Positions 24,537-35,352 of a DNA stretch of 64,000 bases are shown piece after piece. The stretch is taken from the NCBI GenBank assembly GCA_963803435.1, contig CAWDML010000007.1:535167-599166 (forward strand), given 5' to 3'. This DNA is from an uncultured delta proteobacterium. GTDB taxonomy: Bacteria; Myxococcota; Kuafuiibacteriia; Kuafuiibacteriales; Kuafuiibacteriaceae. The notes under the pieces were generated by a model that was not told the origin of the DNA, searched no databases, and saw only the letters and a program-made list of their open reading frames with translations. A program made the translations under genes and the position numbers. Positions within the stretch are counted from its first letter, which is position 1. Every line of letters begins with the position of its first letter.

Positions 24537-27500
24537 TCAATCACTCCAGCGGGCCGCGTGCTCGAACATCGGCGTGTTCGCCTCGACGATGTTGAACGGG
24601 GGCATCGCGGCCCCGCTGATCGGATCGATATCGCTGATGTACATGTCCCACCCGCCGGCGCCGCCCGGGCGGTTGCTGCTGAAGCTCAAGAACTCGCCGT
24701 CGAGGCTCCAGGTCGGGAAGCTCGACCCGCAGGTCCCCGGCGCACAGTTGAGCGCGGGCAGATCGAGCACCATCCCCGACTGATCGGCGGCTACCAGCTT
24801 CACGGTGGCGTCGGGCGCCGAGATCGTGCCCTGCGCCGACAGGCTCTGCGTGAACGCGATCCACTGCCCGTTCGGATGGAACGCCGGATAGTAGTTCGCA
24901 CCACCGCCGCCGCTGGCCCCGCTCACCGGCACCGGCACCCCGCCGTTCTCGTCGACCAGCATGATGTCCGCCGAGCCGAAGAATCCCCAGCCGCCGCCGG
25001 GCTGCCCGCGCGCGAACGCGATCATGTGGTTCGGGCCCCAGCTCGGCATCTTGCTCCCGTACACCGGATCGTTGGCGCCCTGGAGCTCGCCGATGTAGCC
25101 GCCGACCACGGAGGCGATGTGCACTCGATCGCCGTCGTCGTACGCGAACTGATACGGCGGATTCGTGTTCGGATCCGGGTTCCAGGTCACGTAGGCCGCG
25201 TTGGGCGCCTGGAACGGCAAGGCGACCTGCACGTTGGTCTGCGTGTCGATGATCTGCATCGTGAACGTGTCCGCCTCGATCAGCGAGACGTAGCGACCGT
25301 CCGGCGACACGCCGTGGCACCCGGAGCAGGGCTTGTTCAAGCGCGGACCCCAGAACGTCTCAGGGATGGGGGCGCCCTGAAGCGGGATACGCATGATGTT
25401 GCTCTGGTCGGGCCCGAACGTGTCGATCTGCCAGTAGTAGATGAACCGTCCTGCGCTCGGCGGCACGATCACCGGGCCCGCCACCACATTCACGCGGATC
25501 AAGGGCTCCACCGGATCGTTGGAGCCGACGGTGATGACCGCCGAGTCGCCCACGTCGTCGGCGCTGGTGTAGTGCACCGTGATCACGCGGTCCTCGTTCG
25601 GCTGCAGCACGGCCGGAAGCGCCGGCGGTGCGTCGAACGTGAACTCGTCGTCGGGCCGCGAGAACGTGAGGTCGGTGATCGTCACCGGCTGAGCGCCGCA
25701 GGCCCAGATGCGGAACGTCTCGATCCCATTCATTGTCATGCCGAAGTCGACGTCTCTCGGCAGCACACAGATCCCAGGCGCCGCGGTCGCTCCGAAGAGT
25801 CCGACCTCGAAGACCGGTGAGTCGACGTCGTCGGTCGTGATGCGCAACGTCCCCATGTCGGTCCCGGTCGGCCGGGCGCGGAACGTCACCAGCACCGTCA
25901 CGTCCATACCGGGCGCGAGCAGGCCGGGCTGCGTGGCCACGTTCGTGAACGCCGCGCTCGACGCTGCGTCCAGCTCCGCGCCCACCAGCGTGCAGTTGGA
26001 GATGCCGATGTTCTTCACCAGGACCGAGCGGGTCACGCTCATCCCCGGATTGACGGTGCCCCAGTTGATGTAGTCGGGCGTCACGTCCAGCTGGCAACCC
26101 GGTTGAAGCGGCGGGTTGCCGAGCAGATCGATCCGGTGCACGCGGGTGCCCGCCTCGATCTCGAGCACGCCGACGTCGGCGGCGCCCGGGAGCGTCGGCG
26201 CGTATCGCACCACCAGGACATCTGAGAGGCCCGGCGCCAGCTCGCGCGGGACGTTGAAGGGATCGCGCAGCGTGAACACCGAAGCGCCGCTGGTGATCGC
26301 GACCCTGGTGATCGCACAGGGATCGCTGCCTGCGTTCGCGAGCAGCACGTTCCTGCGCTCGGAGCTCCCGACCAGGACGCTCGGGAAGACCAGCCGGCCG
26401 GGCACCACGTCGAGCCCGCACGTGTCGGCGACCTCGGCGGTCACGTGGAAGAACACGTTCGGCGTCTCGGGTGAGGTCGAGACCACGTGGACCCAGCCCT
26501 CGCGCGTGCCGACCGTGCTGGCGACCAGCCGCACCTCGACATCGACGGTATCCCCCGGCGCCAGCGTGGAGGGGAGCGAGGGCGACACGGTCCCGACCGA
26601 GTAAGAGGGATGGCTCGCCGGGTTCGTCGACATCGACACGCCGGTCACGTCGACCGGATCACTGCCGCAGTTGGTCACCACGATGGTGCCGGAGGCGTTG
26701 GAGCCCACCGCGACCCGACCGAGGTCGAGCGGCTCGGCACACAGCGTCGGCGCGGCACCCTGGCCGCACACCGGGATCCGCACGGTGCGCGATCCGGGCG
26801 CGTCTGTCTCGATGATGAACGCGGCGGTGTCCGTGCCGGTGTCCGACGGCTGATACGTCGCGGACAGCGACAGCGACTCACCGGGAGCGATCACCGTCGC
26901 TTCCTCCACCGGCTCGATCCCGAACTCGTTGCTCGTATTCTCCGCGACTCGACTCGCGTTGACAGTGACAGCCTGACTCCCGACGGCGCGGAGCACCAAG
27001 GGGACCGTGGCGATCGACCCAGGCGCGACGCTGCCGAAGGACAGTGAGCCGTTCACTCCGTCGCACGCGGGCGCCGCGAACTGCACCTCGATCCCGGGGA
27101 CCACGCCCTTTCCCACCAGCTGGATCACGTGAGTGTGTTCATCGTCGTCGGCGACGATCGTGAGGGTCCCGCTGCTGTCGCCGAGCTGGATCGGCGTGAA
27201 GGCGAGCGTGACCTCGACGCTCTGCTTGGCGGAGATCGAGTCCGGGATCACCGAGACGATCCGGAAGTCTTCGAGGTCCGACCGCAGATCGCGCGACGCG
27301 ATCCGCAGGGTCCCTTCGCCATCGTTCTCGAGCACCAGGGACGCCTGTTTCTCGATCCCGAGACCCACGTCGTGGAAATCGACGCGCTCGGGGGCGACCA
27401 GCATCGGCTTGAGCTCGGTGAGGCCACCGCCGTCGCCGCAGTCGCACGCTCCCGTGAGGACCAGCAGCAGCGACAACCGCAGGCCCTTCCGCCCGCGCCG

Positions 27501-30500
27501 GAGGAGGAGTCCGAGCCCCGCCAGAACGAGCCACCAGATCCCGCCGCCGGCCTCCGGCCCCGCCGCGCTGCAGCCGCACCCGCCCTCGTCGGGCTTGGTC
27601 TGGACCACGGGCTCGATCACAGACAGCGCGTAGGCCGCCTGCTTCGAGCGGCCCTCGGCGTCGACCGCACGCACCAGCATTCCCACCGCACCGCCCTCGG
27701 GCAGCTCCTCGGGTGTCCCGAAGATCCGCAGCTTCATCGCACCGTCGATCTCGACCGTCTCATCCGAAAGGCCGCGGGGTAGGTCGTCCGCGAGCTCGAG
27801 CGTCCACTCGATCGCGCCCGCGCCGCCCTGAGCCGTGAGCACGACCTCGTACGCCTGATTGAGCGTCGCCACCGGCAGCGATCCGGGCATGATGTCGAGC
27901 CCGGTCGGCGCCGTCACCGAGAGATAGAAGGTGGCGCTGTCCTTGGCGCCCGAGGATCCCTCGCGGACCTCGACGTTGAACACGAACGCGCCGCCCTCGT
28001 TCGGAGTCCCGGAGAGCTCGCCCTGCCCGCTCAGCATCAGGCCGCTCGGGATCCGGCCGGCGGCGAGGCTGAAGATCGGCGGGTCGGCCGGATTATCGCC
28101 GATGACCACCAGCTGGTGGGCATACACCACGCCGTTGACCGCGTCGGGAAGCTGCTCGCCGATGAGCGTCAAGCGGCCCGGCTCCACCACGGTTAGCGGG
28201 ATCTCGCGCTGGACGCGCACCGCGCCGTCGAACGCCTCCACGTCGACGTAGAAGTCGCCGGCGGTCTGAGGCACACCGTGGAGGAAGCCGTCGCCGTCGA
28301 GCATCAGCCCGGGCGGGAGGCTCGAGGTGTTGGTGAAGGTCGCGGGTCCGGCACCGCCCACGGCGACGATGCGTTGCTCCTCCTCCGAGCGCGGCGGATA
28401 GACGAGGCCGACGATCCCGGGGAGCAGCCTGCGCGTGACGATCGTGAGCGGGCCATCGATCGGCGCGACCATCAGGTCGAAGGTGGCGTCTTGGGTGGCG
28501 GTCCCGCTGGTGGCGCGGAACGTGACGCTGTAGCTGCCGGCGGCCTGCGGAGTGCCGATGAGATCGCCGGTCTCCGGGGCGAGCGCGATGCCCTCCGGGA
28601 GCGCGCCGCCCGCGACCGACCAGGTGTACTCGCCGGTGGCGCCCGAGGCGGCCAGCGTCGTCCGGTACTCGAGACCGAGACGCGCGATCGGGAGAGAGGT
28701 CGTGAGGATCTGGAGCGCGCCCTGCCCGATCTGCACTTGCATCGACGACACTCCGAAGTTGTTGACCTCGTTCAACTCGCGGACCGTGTTCGCGGGGTCG
28801 ACGACGACGCCCACGTAGTAGAGGCCGGGCGTCAGGTCCGCGGGAATGTCGAGCGTGGCGTTCAGCGGCTTGGTCATCCCCACGGGGAGCGGCTCGTCCA
28901 CGGCCGACTCGGAGCCGATCACATCGTCCACCGAGGGCGACGAGTTTCCCGACAGCACCACGCGCCAGGCGGTCGCGCCGTCGAAGTTGCCGGCGTTTCT
29001 CAGCTCGAGGTCGACGTCGAGCACTCCGCCGGGCTCGGCCGTCGCCTGTGACGGGATCACGCTCCCCACGGTGAAGTCGGGCCTCCGTTCACCGACGAGG
29101 ATCTCTCGGCGCGACATCACGACGTTGTTGCTCTCGTTGGGCTCGGCGAGCGCGTTCGCAGAGTCGACGACGAGCGCCAGGCGATATCGTCCCGGCGGCG
29201 TCGTCAGCGGGATGGTCACCGACTCGACGGTCTCGCGATCCTCGTACGGTCCCAACGTGATCGCGGTGGACGTGAGCACGGCCGGCATCAGCAGCTCGCC
29301 GGAGCTCGGATCGACCAGGTGCACCGCATACTGGAACGGCCCCAGTGGCTCGAGGTGATACGAGCTCACACGCAGGCGTACGTCGAACGGGAGGGCCTGG
29401 TACACGCGGATCGGATCCACCGTGTCGACCGGGGCGATGTCGGTGGCGAAGACGTCCTCGCCTGCATCCTGGAGCGCGCGGAACACCACACCGGAGAGGT
29501 TCTGGAGATCGTTGGCGGAGCAGGTCGGAGAGCAGCTGCGGAGGTTGTAGGCGACGGTACCCGACTGGTTCTCGAAGCCGGCGGTGGCGTCGAAGAACGC
29601 CGCTCCGGTCAGGCCGGTCATCGGGCCGTAGTGGACCTCGAACCGGCCGGCCAACCCCTCGTAGAGCCAGAGCTGCATCGACATCAGCTCGCCGGTGCCA
29701 CCCGGGAAGTGATAGCTCCCCTCCCATTGAATGACAGCGATTCGATTGGGCTGCGTGCCCTCGATCGTCAGGCTCATCTGCGGCGAGATCAGATCGTCCC
29801 AGAAGAGCGCGATCAGAGTGTTGGGTGAGAACTGATCGGGGAGCGCCTGGTTGCCCAGGCTGCTGCCGTCGAAGTCGAAGGTGACATAGCCGTTCGTGCC
29901 CACCTCGACCGAGTTGTACGTCTGATCGAAGAAGCGGAAGGGGAACGGCAGCGCTGCAGTGGCCTGGCCGTCGTCCGCGTTGAAGGGCTGGAGCACCGTA
30001 CCGCCGCTGCGCACCGAGTAGGCCTCGGTGTATTCGGTGATGAAGTAGGGCGTGTTGGATCCCGGTCCGCCGCCGCCGTCGGGCAGACCACCGTCGAAGC
30101 CGGCGTCCGGTCCCACGCCCCCGTCGAGCGGAGGCGGAGGCGGAGGCGGGCCGGCGTCGGTCGCCTGGGCGTGCGCGATCGACGGGACCATCGCGAGCAG
30201 CAGGACCGCCGGCAGGAAGCTTCGCCGCCGGAACGCGAACGGGAGCAAGAGCAGGATCCAGAGGAGCGAGTAGGCGGCGCCGGTCCCGGCCGCGGTGCAC
30301 CCACAGCCTCCGTCGTCGGTGGTCACCTTCGCCGGCTCGTCGATCACGACCCCGAAGGCGCGCAGGTCGATCCCGCCGGAGGGCTCGCTCGCCATGACCA
30401 CAAACGGGAAGACACCCGCGGAGTCGGGCGTACCGGACAGCGTGCCGTCCGGGGCGAGGGAGAGGCCGGGCGGGAGCTCGCCGTCGAGCAGAGCGTAGCT

Positions 30501-33500
30501 CACGCTGCTGGTACTCCCCGGCGCGATGGCGCGGATGCGGACCGGGTCTCCGTCGCTGTCGAGATAGACGTCCCCGACGGTGCCCGCCGGCAACGAGCGC
30601 GTCACGAACTGGATCTTGGCGTCCGCCTCGATCCGAACCACGTAGAGGTTGCGATCGGCGTCCTTTGCGTCGTCGGTCACCGACAGCTCGAAGATGTACG
30701 TCCCGACGACGGACGGTAGGCCGGCCAGCCGGCCGTTCGCGATGGAGAGCCCGTCGGGGAGCGCGCCGGAGGCGAGCGCGAAGGTGTACGGTTGGATCCC
30801 ACCGACGGCCGACAGCGGCGCGTCGTACGGCTCGCCCACCAGCCCGTCGGGGAGCGCGGACTGGCCGAAGCGCACCGAGCGATCGCGAGACAGAACGCGG
30901 AACGCGATCAGCGTCTCGGCCTCCGCGCCGGTCGCGTCGGTGACGCTGAACGTGTACACGAGGGCCGGCGCGACGGTGGCCGTGGTGCCGCTGATGTGCC
31001 CTTCCCCGGTGAGCGCCAGGCCGGCCGGCAGCGCGGGATCGACGTGATAGTTGTACGGCTCGACCCCGCCGATCGCGACCAGCGGGAAGTCGTACGCCGT
31101 CCCGGCGAAGGCCGGCGGGACCGCGCGCGTGACGATCCGGAGCTCGACCGTGGGGGCGATGACGCGGATCGCGATCGCGCGCTCGTGGAAGAGTGCGCCG
31201 TCGGAGACGCGAATCCCGAAGGTCGAGACACCTTCGGTGGTGGGGACTCCCGTGATGCGGCCCGACGAAGGGTCGAGCGCCAGCCCGGCCGGGAGCGACC
31301 CCTGGGTGATGCTCCAGGTGAGGGGTCCGGTACCACCGCGGGCCACCAGATCGAACTCGTAGTCGACGCCGATCACCGCGAGCGACGGTGCACCGCTGAT
31401 GATGGCGAGCTGCGCCGGCTCGAGGGTCACAGGGCTGCTGGACCTGGCTTCGTTGTTTCCCTCGTCGAGCTCCTCGACCAGATCCTCCGGATCCATCGAG
31501 TACTCGACCCGGTAGTCTCCGGGGGCGACATCGGCGGGGACCGTCACCAGATCGGCACCCTCGTCGAGCGCGCCCGCCTCGAGCGACACGCTCGAATGTC
31601 CCAGCACCGCCACGCGTACCGAGGTGCCCTCGAGGACCAGGAATATCAGGAAGTCGGCGGTGCCGGCGTCGTTGCCGCGGTTCTCCAGCACGCGCTGGAC
31701 GTAAAACGACTCTCCCGAGCCGGCGGAGACCGGAGCGATGATCTCACTGGCCATGAAGTCGGGGGCGATGTCGCGCACCGTGATGCGCGAGCTGGTGCGG
31801 CGGATGTTGTTGATCTCGCGCTCCTCGGTGATCGACTCCCGCGAGTCGGCGACGAAGCCGATGAAGTAGCCGGCGGTGGCGACGTCGGTCGGGAAGGTGA
31901 TCGTCTCGTCGACGACCAGCGCGGCACCCGGCTCCAGATCGAACGGTCCCACTTCGGTGAGGAGCCGATCGCTGATCGTGATCAGCTCGTTGTCGGAGAG
32001 ATAGAAGCCCGCGTAGAAGCCGTGCAGCGGAGATCCTCCCTGGTTCTCGATCGTACCGCGCAGGCGGTACGGCTGCCCCCGGAACGCGGGGTCGGGCACG
32101 TCGATGTCGATCGCCGCCAGGTCGGGTCCGATCAGTCGGATCGTATTGACGGTGACGAAGAGGTTGTTGGTCTCGCTGACCTCCAGGATGGCATTCGACG
32201 GATCCACGCGGGCGATCAGGAAGTAGTCACCGGTTCCGAGCGTGAGCGGCACCTGGGCCGGCACGGTCTCGGCGGAGGGCGCCGCGACGGTGCCGGTGAA
32301 CACCAGCCAATCGCTCGCGTCGAGCGTGCGGTCGGTGGACAGATACACCTCGAGGCCCGTCGACGGCACGGGAGAGCCCTCGCTCTGGACCAGCACGGTG
32401 ACGGGGAGCGTCGCGCCGGCGCCCGAAGTTTCGGGCGAGAGGATCGTGAAGATGGCGAGATCGGGCCCCACCAGCACCGGGCCGGAGGGGACCTCGTTGT
32501 CGAACTCGTCGATCTCGGCGACAGCGTTGTTCGGATCGACGACCGCGATCAGCCGGTACGTCCCCGGGGCCAAGGCCGGGATCGGAACGTTGCGGACGAT
32601 CCGGGTCGAGCTGCTGGCCGGGGCCGGGCTCGCGCCCGAGGCGAGCAGATAATCGCCCGGGTCTCGGATCGTGTCGGTCGACAGGTAGACCTGCCACTCG
32701 ACGGACGCGATCGCTGAGCTCTCGTTGACCAGGTCGAACATCACGTCGGCGTTCTGCCCCGGAGGCAGGCCGGGGTGGTTCGGGAACGAGGCGGACAGGT
32801 CGCGCCCCACGAGGAACGTCCCCGGCGCGAGCACCACGTTGTTGGTCTCCACGGGCTCGTTGATCACGTTGTTGGAGTCGATCACGGCGCCGACCGTGTA
32901 GTAGGCCTGGGTGATGTTCGGGATCGTGGTGGTCAGCGTGGCGGTCGCGGTCGCGCCGGCGGCGAGAGGTCCGAAGCTGACCGTGCCGAGCAGCGTGTCG
33001 GCGCCGGGCACGATGTTCCGATCGGTGGAGAGATAGACGTCCGCCGCGAAGCCGGTGCCCGTGGGCTGAAGCCCGACGTTGTGGGCGGTGACCGGGAAGC
33101 TCGCGGTCGCGCCGGGAGCCGCCCCGTGGGGCGCGCCGACGCTGCCGGTGAGCTCGGGGGCGTTTGGAACCGAGATCTGGAGCACCTGATTGTTGAGGCC
33201 GTTCAGATCGACCCAGCTACAGGTCGCGCTGGCGCCGCACGCCAGGGGGAAGACGGCGTTGGTACCGGTGCCATCCTCGATCCCGATGATGCCCGACCAC
33301 GCGATGTTGCTCTGTCCCGAGGTGAAGCCGCCGTAGTGCAGGCGGATCGTATCGGTCCCCTCCTCGAGGCGGATCTGGAAGCTGATCCGGCTGTCCGGCG
33401 GGAAGAAGTCAGGGAAGTGGCGAATGTTCCTCCACTCCACCACCAGCTCCCGGTTGGGCGCGTTCCCCCGCAGCCCATAGCGGATCTCGCTGGCGGGCGC

Positions 33501-33923
33501 GGTCTGCTCGATCCAGAGATCGTCCCAGAAGGCGGCGATCATGCGGTTCGGCTCCTGAGGATTGGGCAGGCCCCCGAACTCGGGTGGGATGAAGCTCGCC
33601 TCGCAGACATTCGATGATCCGCAGAACTCGTTGAACGTACATCCCTGCGCACACGAGTTGGCGAAGTAGAGGGCGCCGTTCTCCCCCACGTTCACATAGT
33701 CGTAGTCGTGGTCGTAGAAGCGGAACGTGAACCCGATCGGGATCAGCCGGGCCTCGTCGCCGAACGAGCCTGGACCGAGGATCAAATTCCCGCCGGCGAG
33801 CGGCGTGATCGGCTCGGAATATTGCACCGAGATGTACGGCGTCTGTGAGAAGAGGGATGCCAGCAGGATCGGCGCAACCACGGTCGCGGATATACAGGGA
33901 TCTACAGGACTTGGGTGTTTCAA
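24537..33923 (-). CDS. Giant surface protein (CARDB, Ig/He_PIG-like, ASH/choice-of-anchor D-like, TolB-like propeller) with two internal MYXO-CTERM motifs
   Basis: Repeated D.xN.xxExxExNN (CARDB); LPxGL.L...G.I.GTP (Ig); GGCGC-TM-RR twice; vxFG.V...N.G repeats; YYPAFHPNG and FPTWSLDG propeller blades. Confidence 0.85.
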   Translation of the reverse strand: MKHPSPVDPCISATVVAPILLASLFSQTPYISVQYSEPITPLAGGNLILGPGSFGDEARLIPIGFTFRFYDHDYDYVNVGENGALYFANSCAQGCTFNEFCGSSNVCEASFIPPEFGGLPNPQEPNRMIAAFWDDLWIEQTAPASEIRYGLRGNAPNRELVVEWRNIRHFPDFFPPDSRISFQIRLEEGTDTIRLHYGGFTSGQSNIAWSGIIGIEDGTGTNAVFPLACGASATCSWVDLNGLNNQVLQISVPNAPELTGSVGAPHGAAPGATASFPVTAHNVGLQPTGTGFAADVYLSTDRNIVPGADTLLGTVSFGPLAAGATATATLTTTIPNITQAYYTVGAVIDSNNVINEPVETNNVVLAPGTFLVGRDLSASFPNHPGLPPGQNADVMFDLVNESSAIASVEWQVYLSTDTIRDPGDYLLASGASPAPASSSTRIVRNVPIPALAPGTYRLIAVVDPNNAVAEIDEFDNEVPSGPVLVGPDLAIFTILSPETSGAGATLPVTVLVQSEGSPVPSTGLEVYLSTDRTLDASDWLVFTGTVAAPSAETVPAQVPLTLGTGDYFLIARVDPSNAILEVSETNNLFVTVNTIRLIGPDLAAIDIDVPDPAFRGQPYRLRGTIENQGGSPLHGFYAGFYLSDNELITISDRLLTEVGPFDLEPGAALVVDETITFPTDVATAGYFIGFVADSRESITEEREINNIRRTSSRITVRDIAPDFMASEIIAPVSAGSGESFYVQRVLENRGNDAGTADFLIFLVLEGTSVRVAVLGHSSVSLEAGALDEGADLVTVPADVAPGDYRVEYSMDPEDLVEELDEGNNEARSSSPVTLEPAQLAIISGAPSLAVIGVDYEFDLVARGGTGPLTWSITQGSLPAGLALDPSSGRITGVPTTEGVSTFGIRVSDGALFHERAIAIRVIAPTVELRIVTRAVPPAFAGTAYDFPLVAIGGVEPYNYHVDPALPAGLALTGEGHISGTTATVAPALVYTFSVTDATGAEAETLIAFRVLSRDRSVRFGQSALPDGLVGEPYDAPLSAVGGIQPYTFALASGALPDGLSIANGRLAGLPSVVGTYIFELSVTDDAKDADRNLYVVRIEADAKIQFVTRSLPAGTVGDVYLDSDGDPVRIRAIAPGSTSSVSYALLDGELPPGLSLAPDGTLSGTPDSAGVFPFVVMASEPSGGIDLRAFGVVIDEPAKVTTDDGGCGCTAAGTGAAYSLLWILLLLPFAFRRRSFLPAVLLLAMVPSIAHAQATDAGPPPPPPPLDGGVGPDAGFDGGLPDGGGGPGSNTPYFITEYTEAYSVRSGGTVLQPFNADDGQATAALPFPFRFFDQTYNSVEVGTNGYVTFDFDGSSLGNQALPDQFSPNTLIALFWDDLISPQMSLTIEGTQPNRIAVIQWEGSYHFPGGTGELMSMQLWLYEGLAGRFEVHYGPMTGLTGAAFFDATAGFENQSGTVAYNLRSCSPTCSANDLQNLSGVVFRALQDAGEDVFATDIAPVDTVDPIRVYQALPFDVRLRVSSYHLEPLGPFQYAVHLVDPSSGELLMPAVLTSTAITLGPYEDRETVESVTIPLTTPPGRYRLALVVDSANALAEPNESNNVVMSRREILVGERRPDFTVGSVIPSQATAEPGGVLDVDLELRNAGNFDGATAWRVVLSGNSSPSVDDVIGSESAVDEPLPVGMTKPLNATLDIPADLTPGLYYVGVVVDPANTVRELNEVNNFGVSSMQVQIGQGALQILTTSLPIARLGLEYRTTLAASGATGEYTWSVAGGALPEGIALAPETGDLIGTPQAAGSYSVTFRATSGTATQDATFDLMVAPIDGPLTIVTRRLLPGIVGLVYPPRSEEEQRIVAVGGAGPATFTNTSSLPPGLMLDGDGFLHGVPQTAGDFYVDVEAFDGAVRVQREIPLTVVEPGRLTLIGEQLPDAVNGVVYAHQLVVIGDNPADPPIFSLAAGRIPSGLMLSGQGELSGTPNEGGAFVFNVEVREGSSGAKDSATFYLSVTAPTGLDIMPGSLPVATLNQAYEVVLTAQGGAGAIEWTLELADDLPRGLSDETVEIDGAMKLRIFGTPEELPEGGAVGMLVRAVDAEGRSKQAAYALSVIEPVVQTKPDEGGCGCSAAGPEAGGGIWWLVLAGLGLLLRRGRKGLRLSLLLVLTGACDCGDGGGLTELKPMLVAPERVDFHDVGLGIEKQASLVLENDGEGTLRIASRDLRSDLEDFRIVSVIPDSISAKQSVEVTLAFTPIQLGDSSGTLTIVADDDEHTHVIQLVGKGVVPGIEVQFAAPACDGVNGSLSFGSVAPGSIATVPLVLRAVGSQAVTVNASRVAENTSNEFGIEPVEEATVIAPGESLSLSATYQPSDTGTDTAAFIIETDAPGSRTVRIPVCGQGAAPTLCAEPLDLGRVAVGSNASGTIVVTNCGSDPVDVTGVSMSTNPASHPSYSVGTVSPSLPSTLAPGDTVDVEVRLVASTVGTREGWVHVVSTSPETPNVFFHVTAEVADTCGLDVVPGRLVFPSVLVGSSERRNVLLANAGSDPCAITRVAITSGASVFTLRDPFNVPRELAPGLSDVLVVRYAPTLPGAADVGVLEIEAGTRVHRIDLLGNPPLQPGCQLDVTPDYINWGTVNPGMSVTRSVLVKNIGISNCTLVGAELDAASSAAFTNVATQPGLLAPGMDVTVLVTFRARPTGTDMGTLRITTDDVDSPVFEVGLFGATAAPGICVLPRDVDFGMTMNGIETFRIWACGAQPVTITDLTFSRPDDEFTFDAPPALPAVLQPNEDRVITVHYTSADDVGDSAVITVGSNDPVEPLIRVNVVAGPVIVPPSAGRFIYYWQIDTFGPDQSNIMRIPLQGAPIPETFWGPRLNKPCSGCHGVSPDGRYVSLIEADTFTMQIIDTQTNVQVALPFQAPNAAYVTWNPDPNTNPPYQFAYDDGDRVHIASVVGGYIGELQGANDPVYGSKMPSWGPNHMIAFARGQPGGGWGFFGSADIMLVDENGGVPVPVSGASGGGGANYYPAFHPNGQWIAFTQSLSAQGTISAPDATVKLVAADQSGMVLDLPALNCAPGTCGSSFPTWSLDGEFLSFSSNRPGGAGGWDMYISDIDPISGAAMPPFNIVEANTPMFEHAARWSD

Positions 33924-35339
33924 CTTTCTGAGAGGAACCGTCGCTCCGCGCTCAACAACTCACGATCGAAAGCAGCCATGGGGCGCGCAAGGCGCCTTGC
34001 ATGTCCGAGGTACGTATTTCCCCCCAGAGTAGGACGATCGTTCCTTGGACGCGCTCAGCGGTCGGGGGCAGGATCCTTCGGCTTGAGCGGGCCGCGGATC
34101 ATCTTGTGGGCGGCGCTCCTGGCCGGCGTGACCACGCTCGCAGTGACCGTCATCTACCCGTCGCTGGTGATGAAGGAGGTCGCAGCGGTCGAACCGGTGG
34201 TGGCGGAGCCTCCGCGAATGATCGAGGTCCGCGTCCTCTCCGGCCGAGAGGTTCGCCGTCTTTGGATCCATTCGGGCGAGTGCCGCACGCAACCGCTCGG
34301 CGGGACGCGGGGGGCCTTCGACGTTCAGTCGGTGATCCTTCGAGGCAATAAGATATGGACCTGCTCGGATGCCGACGTGAAGCGGCCCACCAAGGAGCGG
34401 TGCACCTGGGGCCAGCAGGTCCGGCTCGAATGCCTCGAGCCCGCCGTCGTGAGCGCCAAGGACGTCCCGCCCCGGCGCTACGGGCGCATCCTCCGGATGC
34501 GAATCAACTCGAAGACGCTTCGCGTAATCACGAAGGTGGAGCTCGAGCAGTACGTCGAGGACGTCGTGATGACCGAGCATCCGACGGCGCCCTTCGAGAC
34601 CCGGCGCGTGCAGGCGATCGTCGCGCGTACGTTCGCGATGCACGCCATGGACGAGCCTCGGCACGATGACGCTCCGCTCTGCGACACGCAGCACTGCCAG
34701 GCCTACGCGAGCGCCGTTGAGCCAAAGCCGAACGAGCTGGCGGCCATGACGACCAAGAGCGTGGTGCTGGTGGACTCGCATCGGAAGCTGGCGCCGACGT
34801 TCTTCTCCAGCACCTGCGGGGGACGCACCCGGAACGCGCAAGATGTCTGGCCGGGCAACTTCGTCGACGACATCGTTGGGATCCGCGACGTCGACTCGAA
34901 GGGGCACGCCTGGTGCCGCAAGAGCCCGAACTTTCACTGGACGCTCCAGGCGCCCGAGGACCGCGTCGCCAAGGCGGTCAGCAAGGCGGTGGAGAGGAAG
35001 GTCGACGCCCGCACGCTCGTGATCGATCGCGATGACGACGCGGGCCTCCACTTCACGGTGAAGGACAAGCACGGGAAGTCCACCGTGCTCGCGAGCGGGC
35101 TCCACCGCGAGCTCGGCCGCGAGCTGGGGTTCACGAAGTTCAAGTCCTCCGATTTCACCGCGACCCACAAGCGGCACCGATTCGTCTTCGAGGGACACGG
35201 GCTCGGTCATGGCGTGGGGCTCTGCCAATATGGAGCCGAGGCGCGGGCGCGGGCGGGACAGTCGGCCGAGGAGATCCTGGAGGCCTACTTCCCGAAGCTG
35301 GAGCTGGCGCACCTCGACGAGATCCGACCGCAGCTCTGA
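33915..35339 (+). CDS. SpoIID/LytB-domain peptidoglycan hydrolase (start probably downstream)
   Basis: LEQYVEDVV..E, QAIVARTFA, LCDTQHCQAY, FFSSTCGG, GHGLGHGVGLCQYGA. Confidence 0.9.
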   Translation: MFQLSERNRRSALNNSRSKAAMGRARRLACPRYVFPPRVGRSFLGRAQRSGAGSFGLSGPRIILWAALLAGVTTLAVTVIYPSLVMKEVAAVEPVVAEPPRMIEVRVLSGREVRRLWIHSGECRTQPLGGTRGAFDVQSVILRGNKIWTCSDADVKRPTKERCTWGQQVRLECLEPAVVSAKDVPPRRYGRILRMRINSKTLRVITKVELEQYVEDVVMTEHPTAPFETRRVQAIVARTFAMHAMDEPRHDDAPLCDTQHCQAYASAVEPKPNELAAMTTKSVVLVDSHRKLAPTFFSSTCGGRTRNAQDVWPGNFVDDIVGIRDVDSKGHAWCRKSPNFHWTLQAPEDRVAKAVSKAVERKVDARTLVIDRDDDAGLHFTVKDKHGKSTVLASGLHRELGRELGFTKFKSSDFTATHKRHRFVFEGHGLGHGVGLCQYGAEARARAGQSAEEILEAYFPKLELAHLDEIRPQL

Positions 35340-35352
35340 GCGGAGCCGCCGC

